DNA of 64,000 nucleotides, taken from a virus. Its lineage: Duplodnaviria > Caudoviricetes. The position numbers were made by a program, and so were the translations under genes. Positions 40,263 through 50,215 of the stretch are shown piece by piece. The stretch lies in the IMG/VR virus record IMGVR_UViG_3300029305_005387; one strand, given 5' to 3'. Positions within the stretch are counted from its first letter, which is position 1. The number at the start of each line of letters is the position of its first letter. A model generated the notes under the pieces. It saw only the letters and a list, made by a program, of their open reading frames with translations. It made no database searches and was not told the DNA's origin.

Positions 40263-41588
40263 CTATTCTAGATTATATATCTCTTTGATCATATTGTTAA
40301 TATAATCATGTGATACTGTTATGAGAAGACGGTAAGTTCTATGTTGATCCGGATTAGTCAGATGCAACTCCCTTTTATACCAATCAATATAGAACATCTC
40401 ATCATCTAAAATTTTTCCATTCTCACGGAATTGAATTTTAATAAATCTATCCATTGGAATCCCATATTGTAGATGATAATCAATTACAGCATTTAATGAC
40501 TGATTTAAAATATTTTCAATTGAAATAGAACTTTCTTCCATTTTCAATTTGAATATAGGCCATCCTAAAATAGTCCATCCAACAGGGATTTCAAAATCAT
40601 CAAGATTAATTACGTCTGAAAACATTGGTACAATTGCTTTATTTTCATCATTATTATTTACTACCACAGATTTTTTCAAATCAGGAGAATTTAGTGTGAA
40701 ATAACCAATTGTATTAAACTCACAGCGTACAGTAAATGTGATATCAAAGTTCCTTCGTACTTGTCCATCTTTTACTCCAGGTCCTGCTTGAGGGTCTTGA
40801 ATAACTGTATCAATATCAGCAATGTAATACATAAAGAATTCATCTGAATTAGATCCCCCTTTGAGTTTATACGTAATAGGATGATAAAACATACTATTCA
40901 TCAATGTTAAGAAATCATAAACAGAATTATTTTCATCCTTTACTGGAACTTTAGATAGATTTCCAACTAATTCACAGAATCTCTCAGGAATATACAATTC
41001 TAATGGAGCTTTAATGAATTGATTATGTCCAATTGGAAGTGTATTGAATAAATAAGACATCCAATTGATTTGTTCTGAATAAGTATTAAACGATAATACT
41101 ACATCCACATACATAACAGCACGATTATAATGTCCATGAATATATAGATTCTTTTGACGATGTTTAGCTAATTCTATTAATGATCCATCTCCCCATAATG
41201 CATGAGTATTAGTAATTCTACTATTAAGTAGAGTATTTCCAAGAAAACGATTGTCTTCTTGACCAAATACAACTCTTGGAACTAATACCATCATAGGACA
41301 TTCTTTTTTGTGTAATTGATGAGGTAAATGATTTAACTGTCTACTTGCAAGTGTGGTACTAGCAGTAACTGTCTTAAATAAATCTGCTGGAAATACGTCT
41401 AATAAATACTTTTCTACTACACTTAACACATTTCCATATGTATGAGCAGCAGATGTATTACAGATAGCAGTTGTATTTCGTATATGCTCTCCATATGCAG
41501 CTCCGCTATTCTTTTCATATTGCATTCCAACTTCTCTTATTTCAGGATTCGATTTATTAGGATTTACCTGATAATCACGTGGTAACAT
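40263..41588 (-). CDS. Probable neck/tail-completion structural protein (T4 gp15-like?)
   Basis: 441 aa in structural cluster; PMMVL...VDVVLSF..YSEQ...FDITFTV pattern. Confidence 0.4.
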   Translation of the reverse strand: MLPRDYQVNPNKSNPEIREVGMQYEKNSGAAYGEHIRNTTAICNTSAAHTYGNVLSVVEKYLLDVFPADLFKTVTASTTLASRQLNHLPHQLHKKECPMMVLVPRVVFGQEDNRFLGNTLLNSRITNTHALWGDGSLIELAKHRQKNLYIHGHYNRAVMYVDVVLSFNTYSEQINWMSYLFNTLPIGHNQFIKAPLELYIPERFCELVGNLSKVPVKDENNSVYDFLTLMNSMFYHPITYKLKGGSNSDEFFMYYIADIDTVIQDPQAGPGVKDGQVRRNFDITFTVRCEFNTIGYFTLNSPDLKKSVVVNNNDENKAIVPMFSDVINLDDFEIPVGWTILGWPIFKLKMEESSISIENILNQSLNAVIDYHLQYGIPMDRFIKIQFRENGKILDDEMFYIDWYKRELHLTNPDQHRTYRLLITVSHDYINNMIKEIYNLE

Positions 41589-41629
41589 ATTTTCTCACCT
41601 CTTTTCCGTTAATAAAACGTACGCAAATT

Positions 41630-41671
41630 AAATATAAAAGATTGGGGAATATTCCCCAATCTTTTATATTT
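41630..41671. terminator. Perfect 42-bp palindrome
   Basis: aaatataaaagattggggaat|attccccaatcttttatattt. Confidence 0.78.
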
Positions 41672-41676
41672 TTCTT

Positions 41677-42063
41677 TTATATTTTTCTTTCTCTTTTAAA
41701 GAAGACTTTCATTATTTCTTTTAACATATTTGGATTATAAACTTTAATAATCGGATAACAAAATTCAGTTACATTTTTGAATCCATTAACTCGTAATAAT
41801 GCTAACCATAATTCTGTAGTTCCATATAATTCCAAACTTAATAACTTTGGTTTATAAAACATACTTTCTGGAACTGTATACCATTGAATAGTACTTTCGA
41901 GTTCTGCTTTATGCTTTAAGAAGAAATCATCAATTGGAATTCTGTATATATGATTTTCATCGTTAATATCTCCCACTAAAACTGTATCGTAGATGTTATG
42001 TAAAGATATTACTTCTTTTTTACCATCTGTAATATATCTATCTACATAAGTTGTATTTGCCAT
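41677..42063 (-). CDS. Baseplate wedge protein, T4 gp53/LysM-like
   Basis: YKPKLLSLELYGTTELWLALLRVN. Confidence 0.65.
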   Translation of the reverse strand: MANTTYVDRYITDGKKEVISLHNIYDTVLVGDINDENHIYRIPIDDFFLKHKAELESTIQWYTVPESMFYKPKLLSLELYGTTELWLALLRVNGFKNVTEFCYPIIKVYNPNMLKEIMKVFFKRERKI

Positions 42064-42065
42064 TA

Positions 42066-42518
42066 TTATTCACCTCCACCAGGTAGAGAAGAAGCATCAC
42101 CTGCATTTTTATTATGACCTCTGATAGCTGCTTCAGTACCAAAATATCTATATTTCATATTAGGATTACCACCTAAACATTTTAAAATGAATTGTCTGCC
42201 TTTTTTTGTATTATCCGTTCCGCCATAGAATTCTAATGGAGCTCTACCAATGAACTGTGTCGTTAGGTAATTTTGACACTTGGTAGTTTTAGCAAATGAT
42301 AATTTAGTTTCATCATCATTTAAAAATATAGTATTATCTATAACTTCAGGTATTTCTGAAGCTTCTTCGAATGGAATATTAGGCATTAAAGCGTTTGCAT
42401 GTATTTTATACATTCCAATATCAGTAAATTTATAATCCTTCGCAGAACGACATGTACTTTCTTCTGCAACTCTATTCACGGAATATGTTCCATTTATCAT
42501 TATATCAACTCCAATCAT
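42066..42518 (-). CDS. Hypothetical protein (possibly baseplate-associated)
   Basis: Coupled to the gp53-like gene; start may be 42500. Confidence 0.5.
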   Translation of the reverse strand: MIGVDIMINGTYSVNRVAEESTCRSAKDYKFTDIGMYKIHANALMPNIPFEEASEIPEVIDNTIFLNDDETKLSFAKTTKCQNYLTTQFIGRAPLEFYGGTDNTKKGRQFILKCLGGNPNMKYRYFGTEAAIRGHNKNAGDASSLPGGGE

Positions 42519-42558
42519 TTATCACTTATTAATTAGAATTGTTTATAATAAAAGAATA

Positions 42559-42598
42559 AAACAGATGCGTATGACCACTTGGTCATACGCATCTGTTT
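42559..42598. terminator. Near-perfect palindrome (19-bp arms, 2-nt centre)
   Basis: aaacagatgcgtatgacca-ct-tggtcatacgcatctgttt. Confidence 0.75.
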
Positions 42599-42624
42599 GT
42601 AGCTTATCTACATTTTACAATGAA

Positions 42625-43683
42625 TTATGCCTTTTTGCCGTCCTTTGCACCAGAACCGATTTTAGTTTTGATGTAACCTTCTAATGCATTCAACATTCTC
42701 TTACGATAGCTCAGATATCTACTATATACACTAATTGTAGCTCCAACACAACCTACGATAGTTGTATAAGCTTCATTCATCTTAGCAATATCTTCTGCAT
42801 TAGGTGTTTCACCTTCAGCTGCTTCAGCAGGCTGTAACATCTTTTCGATTTCAGGTTCCAAAGCTTTAAGCTTGTCTACGAACTTCTGAATCTTATCATA
42901 ATTTGCCTGAATCATTAATCCGGAATGCTGTACATTCTTACTTGCACCCAAAATAAGATCTTTAACGTTGTCCATATGGTATTTCTTTTTACCCTTAACC
43001 ATCTTCTGGCAAACCTTGATCAAGTCTTCAATAGGAATAGCACAAACATCTGTACTACCACCAGAAGATCCATTCAACTTAACAAGTTCATTAGAAAGAA
43101 CTACACACATGTAGAATTCAAACAAACCTAAATCATTACCCTTAGGTGCATCAGCAGCATATTTCAACTTCAACTGATCTCTGAAAGGCTGATACTTTCC
43201 ATGATAAGGAACTGTATTATCCTGACCATCTGCTTTATCGTTCCAGATATCTCCCTGAATCTTATTGATTGTTTCAATATCTTCTCTAGTTAATTCAATA
43301 CCTCTTAAAGATTCAAGAACTTTGTTAGACTGCTTACCAACGTCCGTTAAAGAAGCTGCACATTTAGAGAAGAAGTTAATGACGTTTCTCCACAATTTTC
43401 TGAAACCATTTCTAATTTTTGTAATAATAGAAACTTTCTTAGCTTCTTTAGCTTCCATAATAGACTGAACAGTTGCATCATCAACAGATTCAGCAAAGAA
43501 GCTTTCAGTCAAAGTAATGTTTTCTTTGGTAATCTTTTCCTGCTGTTCCTGCATAAATTCCTGATTCTCTAAGAATCTTTCCATTACAGAAAGTTCAGAG
43601 CATTCTTTAAAAAGGTCGTACGCCTCATTGGAATGAGGATACATACTACATTCAACTACAAGGTCTTTGTAAGTCTGTGCCAT
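42625..43683 (-). CDS. Internal head protein (phiKZ internal-protein-like architecture)
   Basis: Acidic leader with LTES, FAES, IMEA, then amphipathic KIRNGFRKLWRNVINFF. Confidence 0.6.
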   Translation of the reverse strand: MAQTYKDLVVECSMYPHSNEAYDLFKECSELSVMERFLENQEFMQEQQEKITKENITLTESFFAESVDDATVQSIMEAKEAKKVSIITKIRNGFRKLWRNVINFFSKCAASLTDVGKQSNKVLESLRGIELTREDIETINKIQGDIWNDKADGQDNTVPYHGKYQPFRDQLKLKYAADAPKGNDLGLFEFYMCVVLSNELVKLNGSSGGSTDVCAIPIEDLIKVCQKMVKGKKKYHMDNVKDLILGASKNVQHSGLMIQANYDKIQKFVDKLKALEPEIEKMLQPAEAAEGETPNAEDIAKMNEAYTTIVGCVGATISVYSRYLSYRKRMLNALEGYIKTKIGSGAKDGKKA

Positions 43684-43737
43684 AATAATTATCTCCTTTA
43701 CTTTTAAAATTTAATATTGTTATAGACTTGGATTACA

Positions 43738-44448
43738 TTAGTGTTGAGTCTGAGGCAATAGTTCACTTGCGGCATCTCTTGCCACTGAACTATTATTAGT
43801 AGTGGAAACCATTACTAAATATTTCTGAGCTAAGTTTTTAGCTTCATCATATTCCTCTTTCTGAATATTAACACTTGCTTGCTTTTTAATAGCAGCTGCT
43901 TTCTTAAACATCTGCCACTGTTCAGTATTCTTTTTCTGTGCAATTAATTTTGCACATACATTGATTAACTGAGACATTCTTGTTTCATCATCGAAACTAA
44001 TGATATTCTTTTCAGTTAATACAGCTGCTTCAGATAAAGCATCATTCTTCTGATCAGAAATATCTCTTTCAAACTTCTGAGAGACAAGTACTGGAGTGAA
44101 GATTTTATTGAGTTCATCCATCAGTTCTTTTTCATCATAAGATGAAGATTCTGGTGAATCATTACTCACAGGTAGATCCTCCATATTCTGATAGATTCTA
44201 GGATCTACCATATGTTCCATGATACAATTCATTGCTTCCAACATAGTAGTCCAAGTCATTAAGTTACTTTTCATGACTCCATTATCAGAAGTTGCAGAAA
44301 GATGATTAGGATTATTATGTGGAATATCAGAAAGATCTTTACCTTTACTATCCATACTATCAAGAGTGTCATCTAAAAGAGATTTATAATGTTTATTGAT
44401 CTGATCATCAGATGCTACTCCACCAGTCATAGAATCTTTAAAACTCAT
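43738..44448 (-). CDS. Probable head protein
   Basis: MLEA, IMEH, LSEA, LTEK motifs; AACA-N6-TA at 44486-44497; adjacent to portal. Confidence 0.5.
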   Translation of the reverse strand: MSFKDSMTGGVASDDQINKHYKSLLDDTLDSMDSKGKDLSDIPHNNPNHLSATSDNGVMKSNLMTWTTMLEAMNCIMEHMVDPRIYQNMEDLPVSNDSPESSSYDEKELMDELNKIFTPVLVSQKFERDISDQKNDALSEAAVLTEKNIISFDDETRMSQLINVCAKLIAQKKNTEQWQMFKKAAAIKKQASVNIQKEEYDEAKNLAQKYLVMVSTTNNSSVARDAASELLPQTQH

Positions 44449-44500
44449 TTATGAATTTCCTCCCTTCCTTAGTTATTCCATAACTTATGAAAATGTTTCA

Positions 44501-46837
44501 TTATTGTTCAACTTCCTTCAGATCTTTTTCTTCAATATTGAACTGATTTACTTTGTTCTGTAAAACGTCATCATTAGAATCAATATTAACCTTATTAATG
44601 ATCTCATCCAATTCATCGAAATCAAATTGAGCTAAATATTTCTTAGCCAACTCTCTTCTCAGATTAATTTGTTTCACAGTAGGATTTCCATCTTTGTCTT
44701 CCATTTCATTTTTAGGATAGTAAATCGCCATAACCATTTCAACCATACTATTGAAGTTTGTGATCATTTCGGATGTAATTACCAATTCTTGTTGTTTGAT
44801 CTCATTAAACTTAAATTTGAAACCATTGATGACCTCTGCAGGCATATCAGTACTACTTCTCATAATAGCTTGATATAATTTAGTTAAACCTCTATTCATA
44901 TCAATTTTATATGAAGATACAGTTGATAAGAATCTTGTATTTGCCATTTCCAGAGTTTTAGCAAAATCAACTTCATCTATTGCATTAATGATTAACAAGT
45001 GAGGTACACCTGTACCAGATAATGCCTGTCGTCTTTGTTGTTCTAGGAATTCAATGTTGATTGGATTTGGAACAGCTTCAATTGTATCAGTTTCTAATGC
45101 CTTATAATCGTTACGACCAGCAGGAAGAACCATTTCTCCCATACCACCGACTTTATTTAACACACCTGAATAGGAATAAATATCATCAATGGTAATTCTT
45201 CTCTGTTGGAACTTTCTCATAGTTCTCTGAATCTGGGAAGCATAATCTTTATTTAATCCAGATGATTTTAAGTAGTGAATTCTAGTCGTATTATTATTCA
45301 ATGTATAAAGCATATTATACATATTTAACATTAAATACATACGAGCTGGGAATAAACTAGGTTCAAGAACAGAATGTCCTCTTCCTTCTTCATCTTCATT
45401 AATAATGAGACGAATTACTTCATTTTCTGGGATATAAATAAAGGAAAGTTTTCCTTCAGAGAATTTATGTGCCATTATGATTTCAGCAATTTCATTCTTC
45501 AACTTAATGTTTCTTTCCAACATTTTCTTGTCGAATGACTTGATAATCATATTAGCTAATCTATCAACCATATTACGATCTCTCACATAATTCTGATATG
45601 ACAGATCAACTATACCATTTGGATTAGCAGAGTTTGTCTGTAAGTCCATTGTAGTAGAAATGTAATAATAACCAATTACACGTCTATCCATACGAATTGG
45701 AACAATTCTTAATCCGTCAAGATACTTTATATAACATCCTTTAATTTCAGAATATGAACTGAAATCAATTGCATCCTGATCAATATTAGCATATGTACCT
45801 TGATTAACTCTGCCATAGTTAGCTTGTGCTTCCATGAAGTGCTGTCCAGGATAATTGGAACTTTTTGTAGGTCGTGTTTCTTTATATTCTTTTAACACTA
45901 ACTCAGCAAATCCTTCTGGACCCATTTCTGACATCATTATTGAAGAATGATTATACACTTCAATATTTTCAAGAATGCATCGCATGTTATTCTTAGTAAC
46001 TTTATCAGGATTGAAATCATTTCCACTAATTCCAATTTCATTTTCAGAAACCTTTTTATCATCTGAAGAATCTACTTTACTAATGGATGATACAGATTCC
46101 ATTAAAATATTTAAATTTTCTTCAGAATACAAAGATTTCGAACCACTGAAACTACTCATCACGTGATTTGGTATACTTTCTCTAAAAGTTTCACCTAATG
46201 CAGAAACTTTTTTATTTTTATTTTTACCACCAGAAAATCTAGAATCATGTATAGATTCTAATTCTGCAAATAGTTTTGCATATGGAACTACTTGGATATA
46301 CATCTCTCCATGCATTAATGTTTTAGGAACAATAAAATTCTTAATAGCCATTAATAAATCATGACGAGTTTCAATTTCTTTAGCTTGTGTTTCAAAACTT
46401 TCATCATCTTCATGATTTTCAAATAATAAAGTTCTTGAAACTTCACCAGTTGAAACATTGCATTCAATGATTGAATCTCTTATAACATTTATAACATCAT
46501 GCATTTCAGGCATCTGAGTGCAGATATTATAAATATCTCTTCTTAACAACAATTCACTTTGATTCAATGTATCAGCTGACAAATAATCCGTTTTAATGTT
46601 ATTTAAAACATTCTTCATCATTGATTTATCATGTTTTTCATCGAGATCAATATCTCTCATCTTTTTGATAAATCCTTCATCATCAAATGTAGAAGAATTG
46701 AAAGTTTTTAAAGCTTTATTCAATGTACTTGTAAATGAAGATGAAATATTATCCAGATCATCTTCTTGTATATTACCAACATCCTTAGTTATATCTGCTG
46801 ATAATTTATCAATAAAATCATTTAAATTTGCAGGCAT
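44501..46837 (-). CDS. Portal protein (T4 gp20-like)
   Basis: QMPEMHDVINVIRDSI; HGEMYI; SVLEPS...; DTIEA..IEFLEQQRRQALSGTGVP. Confidence 0.7.
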   Translation of the reverse strand: MPANLNDFIDKLSADITKDVGNIQEDDLDNISSSFTSTLNKALKTFNSSTFDDEGFIKKMRDIDLDEKHDKSMMKNVLNNIKTDYLSADTLNQSELLLRRDIYNICTQMPEMHDVINVIRDSIIECNVSTGEVSRTLLFENHEDDESFETQAKEIETRHDLLMAIKNFIVPKTLMHGEMYIQVVPYAKLFAELESIHDSRFSGGKNKNKKVSALGETFRESIPNHVMSSFSGSKSLYSEENLNILMESVSSISKVDSSDDKKVSENEIGISGNDFNPDKVTKNNMRCILENIEVYNHSSIMMSEMGPEGFAELVLKEYKETRPTKSSNYPGQHFMEAQANYGRVNQGTYANIDQDAIDFSSYSEIKGCYIKYLDGLRIVPIRMDRRVIGYYYISTTMDLQTNSANPNGIVDLSYQNYVRDRNMVDRLANMIIKSFDKKMLERNIKLKNEIAEIIMAHKFSEGKLSFIYIPENEVIRLIINEDEEGRGHSVLEPSLFPARMYLMLNMYNMLYTLNNNTTRIHYLKSSGLNKDYASQIQRTMRKFQQRRITIDDIYSYSGVLNKVGGMGEMVLPAGRNDYKALETDTIEAVPNPINIEFLEQQRRQALSGTGVPHLLIINAIDEVDFAKTLEMANTRFLSTVSSYKIDMNRGLTKLYQAIMRSSTDMPAEVINGFKFKFNEIKQQELVITSEMITNFNSMVEMVMAIYYPKNEMEDKDGNPTVKQINLRRELAKKYLAQFDFDELDEIINKVNIDSNDDVLQNKVNQFNIEEKDLKEVEQ

Positions 46838-46898
46838 AAATATCGATTAACTCCTTTCTTTCTAGATTTACAATGAAATGTCAATCTATTTAGTTGTT

Positions 46899-46932
46899 AT
46901 AATGGAGAGGACTGATCAGTCCTCTCCATTAT
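46899..46932. terminator. Perfect 34-bp palindrome
   Basis: ataatggagaggactga|tcagtcctctccattat. Confidence 0.75.
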
Positions 46933-46943
46933 CTTATTCAGAG

Positions 46944-47777
46944 TTAACGGATATTATCCATAACCATCTTCTTAGCATCCTCAACACTCTTTGTCAAAGC
47001 TCCAAGTTTCTTAAGAATTGCATCCCTTGCATCAGTTGTAGTTTCTCCACCAGCTGCTTCTGGTTCAGAGTCCATTTCAGCTACTTTATCTTTTACTGCT
47101 GAAGTGACTGGGTTATCATCCGGAGGTGTATCATCACCAACAGGTTCTGCAGGAACTTCCCCTTCATCTTTAGGAGGTTCTTCAGCACTAGTATCACCAG
47201 CAGGAGCTGGTTCTTCTCCAATGCTAATAGCCTCGCTTAGTAAATCAAAGTTATTATTCTCTAATTTAGGTTCACTCTCTTTAGGAGGTTCTTCAGCACC
47301 AGAATCTTCATCTTCAATTGGTTGATCCAAGATATCGTCAGTATCAGAACTACCAATAGGAGCTCCAACTTGTTCAGGTTCTCCATTACCTGCATCACCG
47401 AAGCCACTATCAATTTTCTGAGAAAGAATATCGTCGTCAGCAATTGCTTCTCCAGCATTTACAGGAGGAGTAGGTAATACATCTTTCTGAGTGTTTGTAG
47501 CAAGGTCTAATTCAATACCAAGAATATCATCAACACCTGCTTCAATAGGTTCACCAGTCTGTTTTCCAACAGGTTCTGGTAGATCATCGTTTCCAGGAAC
47601 GACTGGATTTTCTGGTTCATTCACAGGTTCTTCGTCTTTGATATCAGGATTTTCAATTTCTTCAGGTCCTTCATTTAAAATGATAGCATCATCAAGATCT
47701 TCATTTTCCAATAATAGATCAGCTGCTTCCTGATATACTTTCTGTTTTCCAATAAGCTCTTTAATCGTATTAAGCAT
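46944..47777 (-). CDS. Acidic Pro/Glu-rich protein, possible prohead scaffold/core
   Basis: Disordered composition; LLEN, LNEG, LSEA motifs; helical C-terminus; upstream of portal; start reassigned after aaggag. Confidence 0.5.
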   Translation of the reverse strand: MLNTIKELIGKQKVYQEAADLLLENEDLDDAIILNEGPEEIENPDIKDEEPVNEPENPVVPGNDDLPEPVGKQTGEPIEAGVDDILGIELDLATNTQKDVLPTPPVNAGEAIADDDILSQKIDSGFGDAGNGEPEQVGAPIGSSDTDDILDQPIEDEDSGAEEPPKESEPKLENNNFDLLSEAISIGEEPAPAGDTSAEEPPKDEGEVPAEPVGDDTPPDDNPVTSAVKDKVAEMDSEPEAAGGETTTDARDAILKKLGALTKSVEDAKKMVMDNIR

Positions 47778-47922
47778 TATAACTGCTCCTTTCATTTTAA
47801 AATGTGATTTTAGATTCATTGTATATATTCAGACACAAGGTTATTAGTAAGTCGTTATTATTTAATCCATTATTAATGTATATTTACTAAAATTTAATAA
47901 AAAATAAAAGGAGGTTAAGATT

Positions 47923-48036
47923 ATGATTAATCCTAGAGATATTGAAGGCAAATCCGATGAAGAATTAAAAGAACTCCTCGGAGAAGACTTTATGGACGAA
48001 GTGTCCAATAACAAAGGAGAGGAGGATGATGACTAA
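47923..48036 (+). CDS. 37-aa acidic peptide translationally coupled to the endolysin
   Basis: RBS aaggagg; MINPRDIEGKSDEELKELLGEDFMDEVSNNKGEEDDD; TAATG overlap with endolysin start. Confidence 0.6.
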   Translation: MINPRDIEGKSDEELKELLGEDFMDEVSNNKGEEDDD

Positions 48037-49373
48037 TGGCTGCTACACAGAAATTCTCAAATAGTGGTTTAATCTGCTATACAAAACTTAGTCCAAATCA
48101 TTCTGGGCTCAGAACACATAATATCGAACAAATTGCAATTCATACGATGGCAGGAAACTGTAGTGTTGAAACTTGTGGAGAAATTTTTGCTCCAAAAAGT
48201 AGACAGGCTTCTTCCAACTACGGCATTGGATCAGATGGTAGAATTGCTATGTATGTAGAAGAAAAGAATAGAAGCTGGTGTACTTCTTCTTCTGCAGTAG
48301 ATCAGAGAGCTATTACGATCGAAGTAGCTAGTAGTGTAAACAGATCTCCATGGCCATGTACAGATGCTGCTTATGAGTCATTGATTGATCTCTGTGTGGA
48401 CATTTGTCAGCGTAATCCTCACATCAAGAAAATTATGTGGGTAGGGGATAAGAGTTTACTTAATAAAACTGATAAACAGAATCTTGTACCACACCGCTGG
48501 ACAGCAAACAAGAGTTGTCCAGGAGATTGGTTATATGAGAGATTTGATGATATCAGAGACGAAGTTAATAAGAGATTATCTTCTAATGGATCAAATGTCA
48601 GCTCTAATACAGCTACTGTTATTACAAAAGAATCCAATGAATCTTATATTTGGAACTTCTTAACAGAGAAAGGTTTAAATGCATATGCAGTTGCTGGTAT
48701 TATGGGTAACTTGTTTGCTGAATCAGCTTTAATTCCTAATAACTTACAGAATACTTATGAAAAGAAATTAAGTTTAAGCGATTCTGAATATACTTCTAGA
48801 GTAGATTCTGGTAAGTATACTAACTTTGTTAAAGATAGTGCAGGATATGGTTTAGCTCAGTGGACTTATTGGTCTAGAAAACAGGCTTTACTTAACTATG
48901 CGAAGAAAACTAAAAAATCAATTGGTGATCTTCAGATGCAGTGTGAATTCTTATGGACAGAAATGCAGGGTTATAAGAAAATGATGACTGTTCTCAAGAG
49001 TGCAAAATCTGTTAGAGAAGCTTCTAATATTTTCTTGACTGAATTTGAAAGACCTGCAAACATGGGTATAGAAGTACAGAATAAGAGAACCTCTTATGGA
49101 GAAAAGTATTATAAAAATAATGCCAATACTTCTACAAGTAAACCAGCATCTTCTACTACAAGTGGTGCTAAAGTTCCTTACTTAGTAAAAGTTACTGCAA
49201 GCTCTTTGAATATCCGTAAAGGTCCTGGTACAAACTATGGAATCAACAGAGCTATTACAGATCGCGGAACATACACAATTGTAGCTGAAAGCTCTGGTAA
49301 GGGTGCTAGTAAGTGGGGCAAACTTAAATCAGGAGCTGGTTGGATTAGTCTTGATTATTGTCAGAAACGATAA
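48036..49373 (+). CDS. Endolysin: Amidase_2 + phage-tail-lysozyme-like domain + SH3b
   Basis: IAIHT, ASSNYGIG, ITIEV, PHRW..KSCPG; AGIMGNLFAES, GYGLAQWT, FERP; LNIRKGPG...WGKLKSGAGWISL. Confidence 0.88.
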   Translation: MAATQKFSNSGLICYTKLSPNHSGLRTHNIEQIAIHTMAGNCSVETCGEIFAPKSRQASSNYGIGSDGRIAMYVEEKNRSWCTSSSAVDQRAITIEVASSVNRSPWPCTDAAYESLIDLCVDICQRNPHIKKIMWVGDKSLLNKTDKQNLVPHRWTANKSCPGDWLYERFDDIRDEVNKRLSSNGSNVSSNTATVITKESNESYIWNFLTEKGLNAYAVAGIMGNLFAESALIPNNLQNTYEKKLSLSDSEYTSRVDSGKYTNFVKDSAGYGLAQWTYWSRKQALLNYAKKTKKSIGDLQMQCEFLWTEMQGYKKMMTVLKSAKSVREASNIFLTEFERPANMGIEVQNKRTSYGEKYYKNNANTSTSKPASSTTSGAKVPYLVKVTASSLNIRKGPGTNYGINRAITDRGTYTIVAESSGKGASKWGKLKSGAGWISLDYCQKR

Positions 49374-50139
49374 AATGACAAAAAAACAATAGGGATGGAA
49401 ATACCATCCCTATTGTTTTTTTTGTCATTTTATTTTTATTCTTTGGAGGATCATATTTCCAAGTTTTTGGAATAGATGTGGTTGATGGAACATATGATGG
49501 ATTGTCTTTATACTCTTTATCATACTTACCTAGAAAATATTCTCGCCGCTTAATATCGAAACCATATTCCATATTCCATAAGTAGCATGCCATTTCCCAG
49601 TTAGTATAATTTGGAAAATCTTCATGATAATCCATCAGTAAATTTCTAATTTTATTCAAATCAGTTTTTCTCACATACCAATCAATGTATTCATCCTTAT
49701 GATATTCCATTTTATTATCTAAGAAATGAAATCTGGCAACTTTTGTTTCGCCACTTTTTAATTTTGATGAATTGAATACTTTGAAGTATGGAACTCCTAT
49801 ACGTTTCCTATCAGGGTTAACTTGAATTCTGAAGTTATGTTTTCTATCAATTGTAACGGTAGCCATCTCTGTAAGATATTCAGCTGCTTCTAAATATCCT
49901 TCCGGTTGCAATGATAAAAACTCTTCTCTACTCATTAAATCTGTATATAATTCCAAACATGATTCTTTCTGAATACTAAAACGTTCTTCTTCATCATAAT
50001 CTACTGAAATTAAATAGTCAGATTCATAAAGTTTATCATAATATTCACCATTCAATTTTACAGATTCAACGATACCTATACAATCATGCCAATGATCACC
50101 AATTATTTTAACAATGTCTCCTTCTTTAAATTTTAACAT
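49345..50139 (-). CDS. KOW/SH3-like + DUF4160-like protein (paralog family member 2)
   Basis: FKEGDIVKIIG; LTEMA; VPYFKVF; TNWE...WN; 3' end runs through the hairpin at 49370-49433. Confidence 0.55.
   Translation of the reverse strand: MLKFKEGDIVKIIGDHWHDCIGIVESVKLNGEYYDKLYESDYLISVDYDEEERFSIQKESCLELYTDLMSREEFLSLQPEGYLEAAEYLTEMATVTIDRKHNFRIQVNPDRKRIGVPYFKVFNSSKLKSGETKVARFHFLDNKMEYHKDEYIDWYVRKTDLNKIRNLLMDYHEDFPNYTNWEMACYLWNMEYGFDIKRREYFLGKYDKEYKDNPSYVPSTTSIPKTWKYDPPKNKNKMTKKTIGMVFPSLLFFCHFIVSDNNQD
49370..49433. terminator. Long bidirectional hairpin (about 29-bp arms, one bulge)
   Basis: ataaaatgacaaaaaaacaatagggatgg-aaata-ccatccctattgttttttttgtcattttat. Confidence 0.75.
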
Positions 50140-50165
50140 TCATATCATCTCCTTTCTATAAAAAT

Positions 50166-50209
50166 AATATATCATCAATGGGATCATATGATCCCATTGA
50201 TGATATATT
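50166..50209. terminator. Perfect 44-bp palindrome overlapping a TATATTAT motif (50164-50171, minus)
   Basis: aatatatcatcaatgggatcat|atgatcccattgatgatatatt. Confidence 0.75.
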
Positions 50210-50215
50210 GATAAA

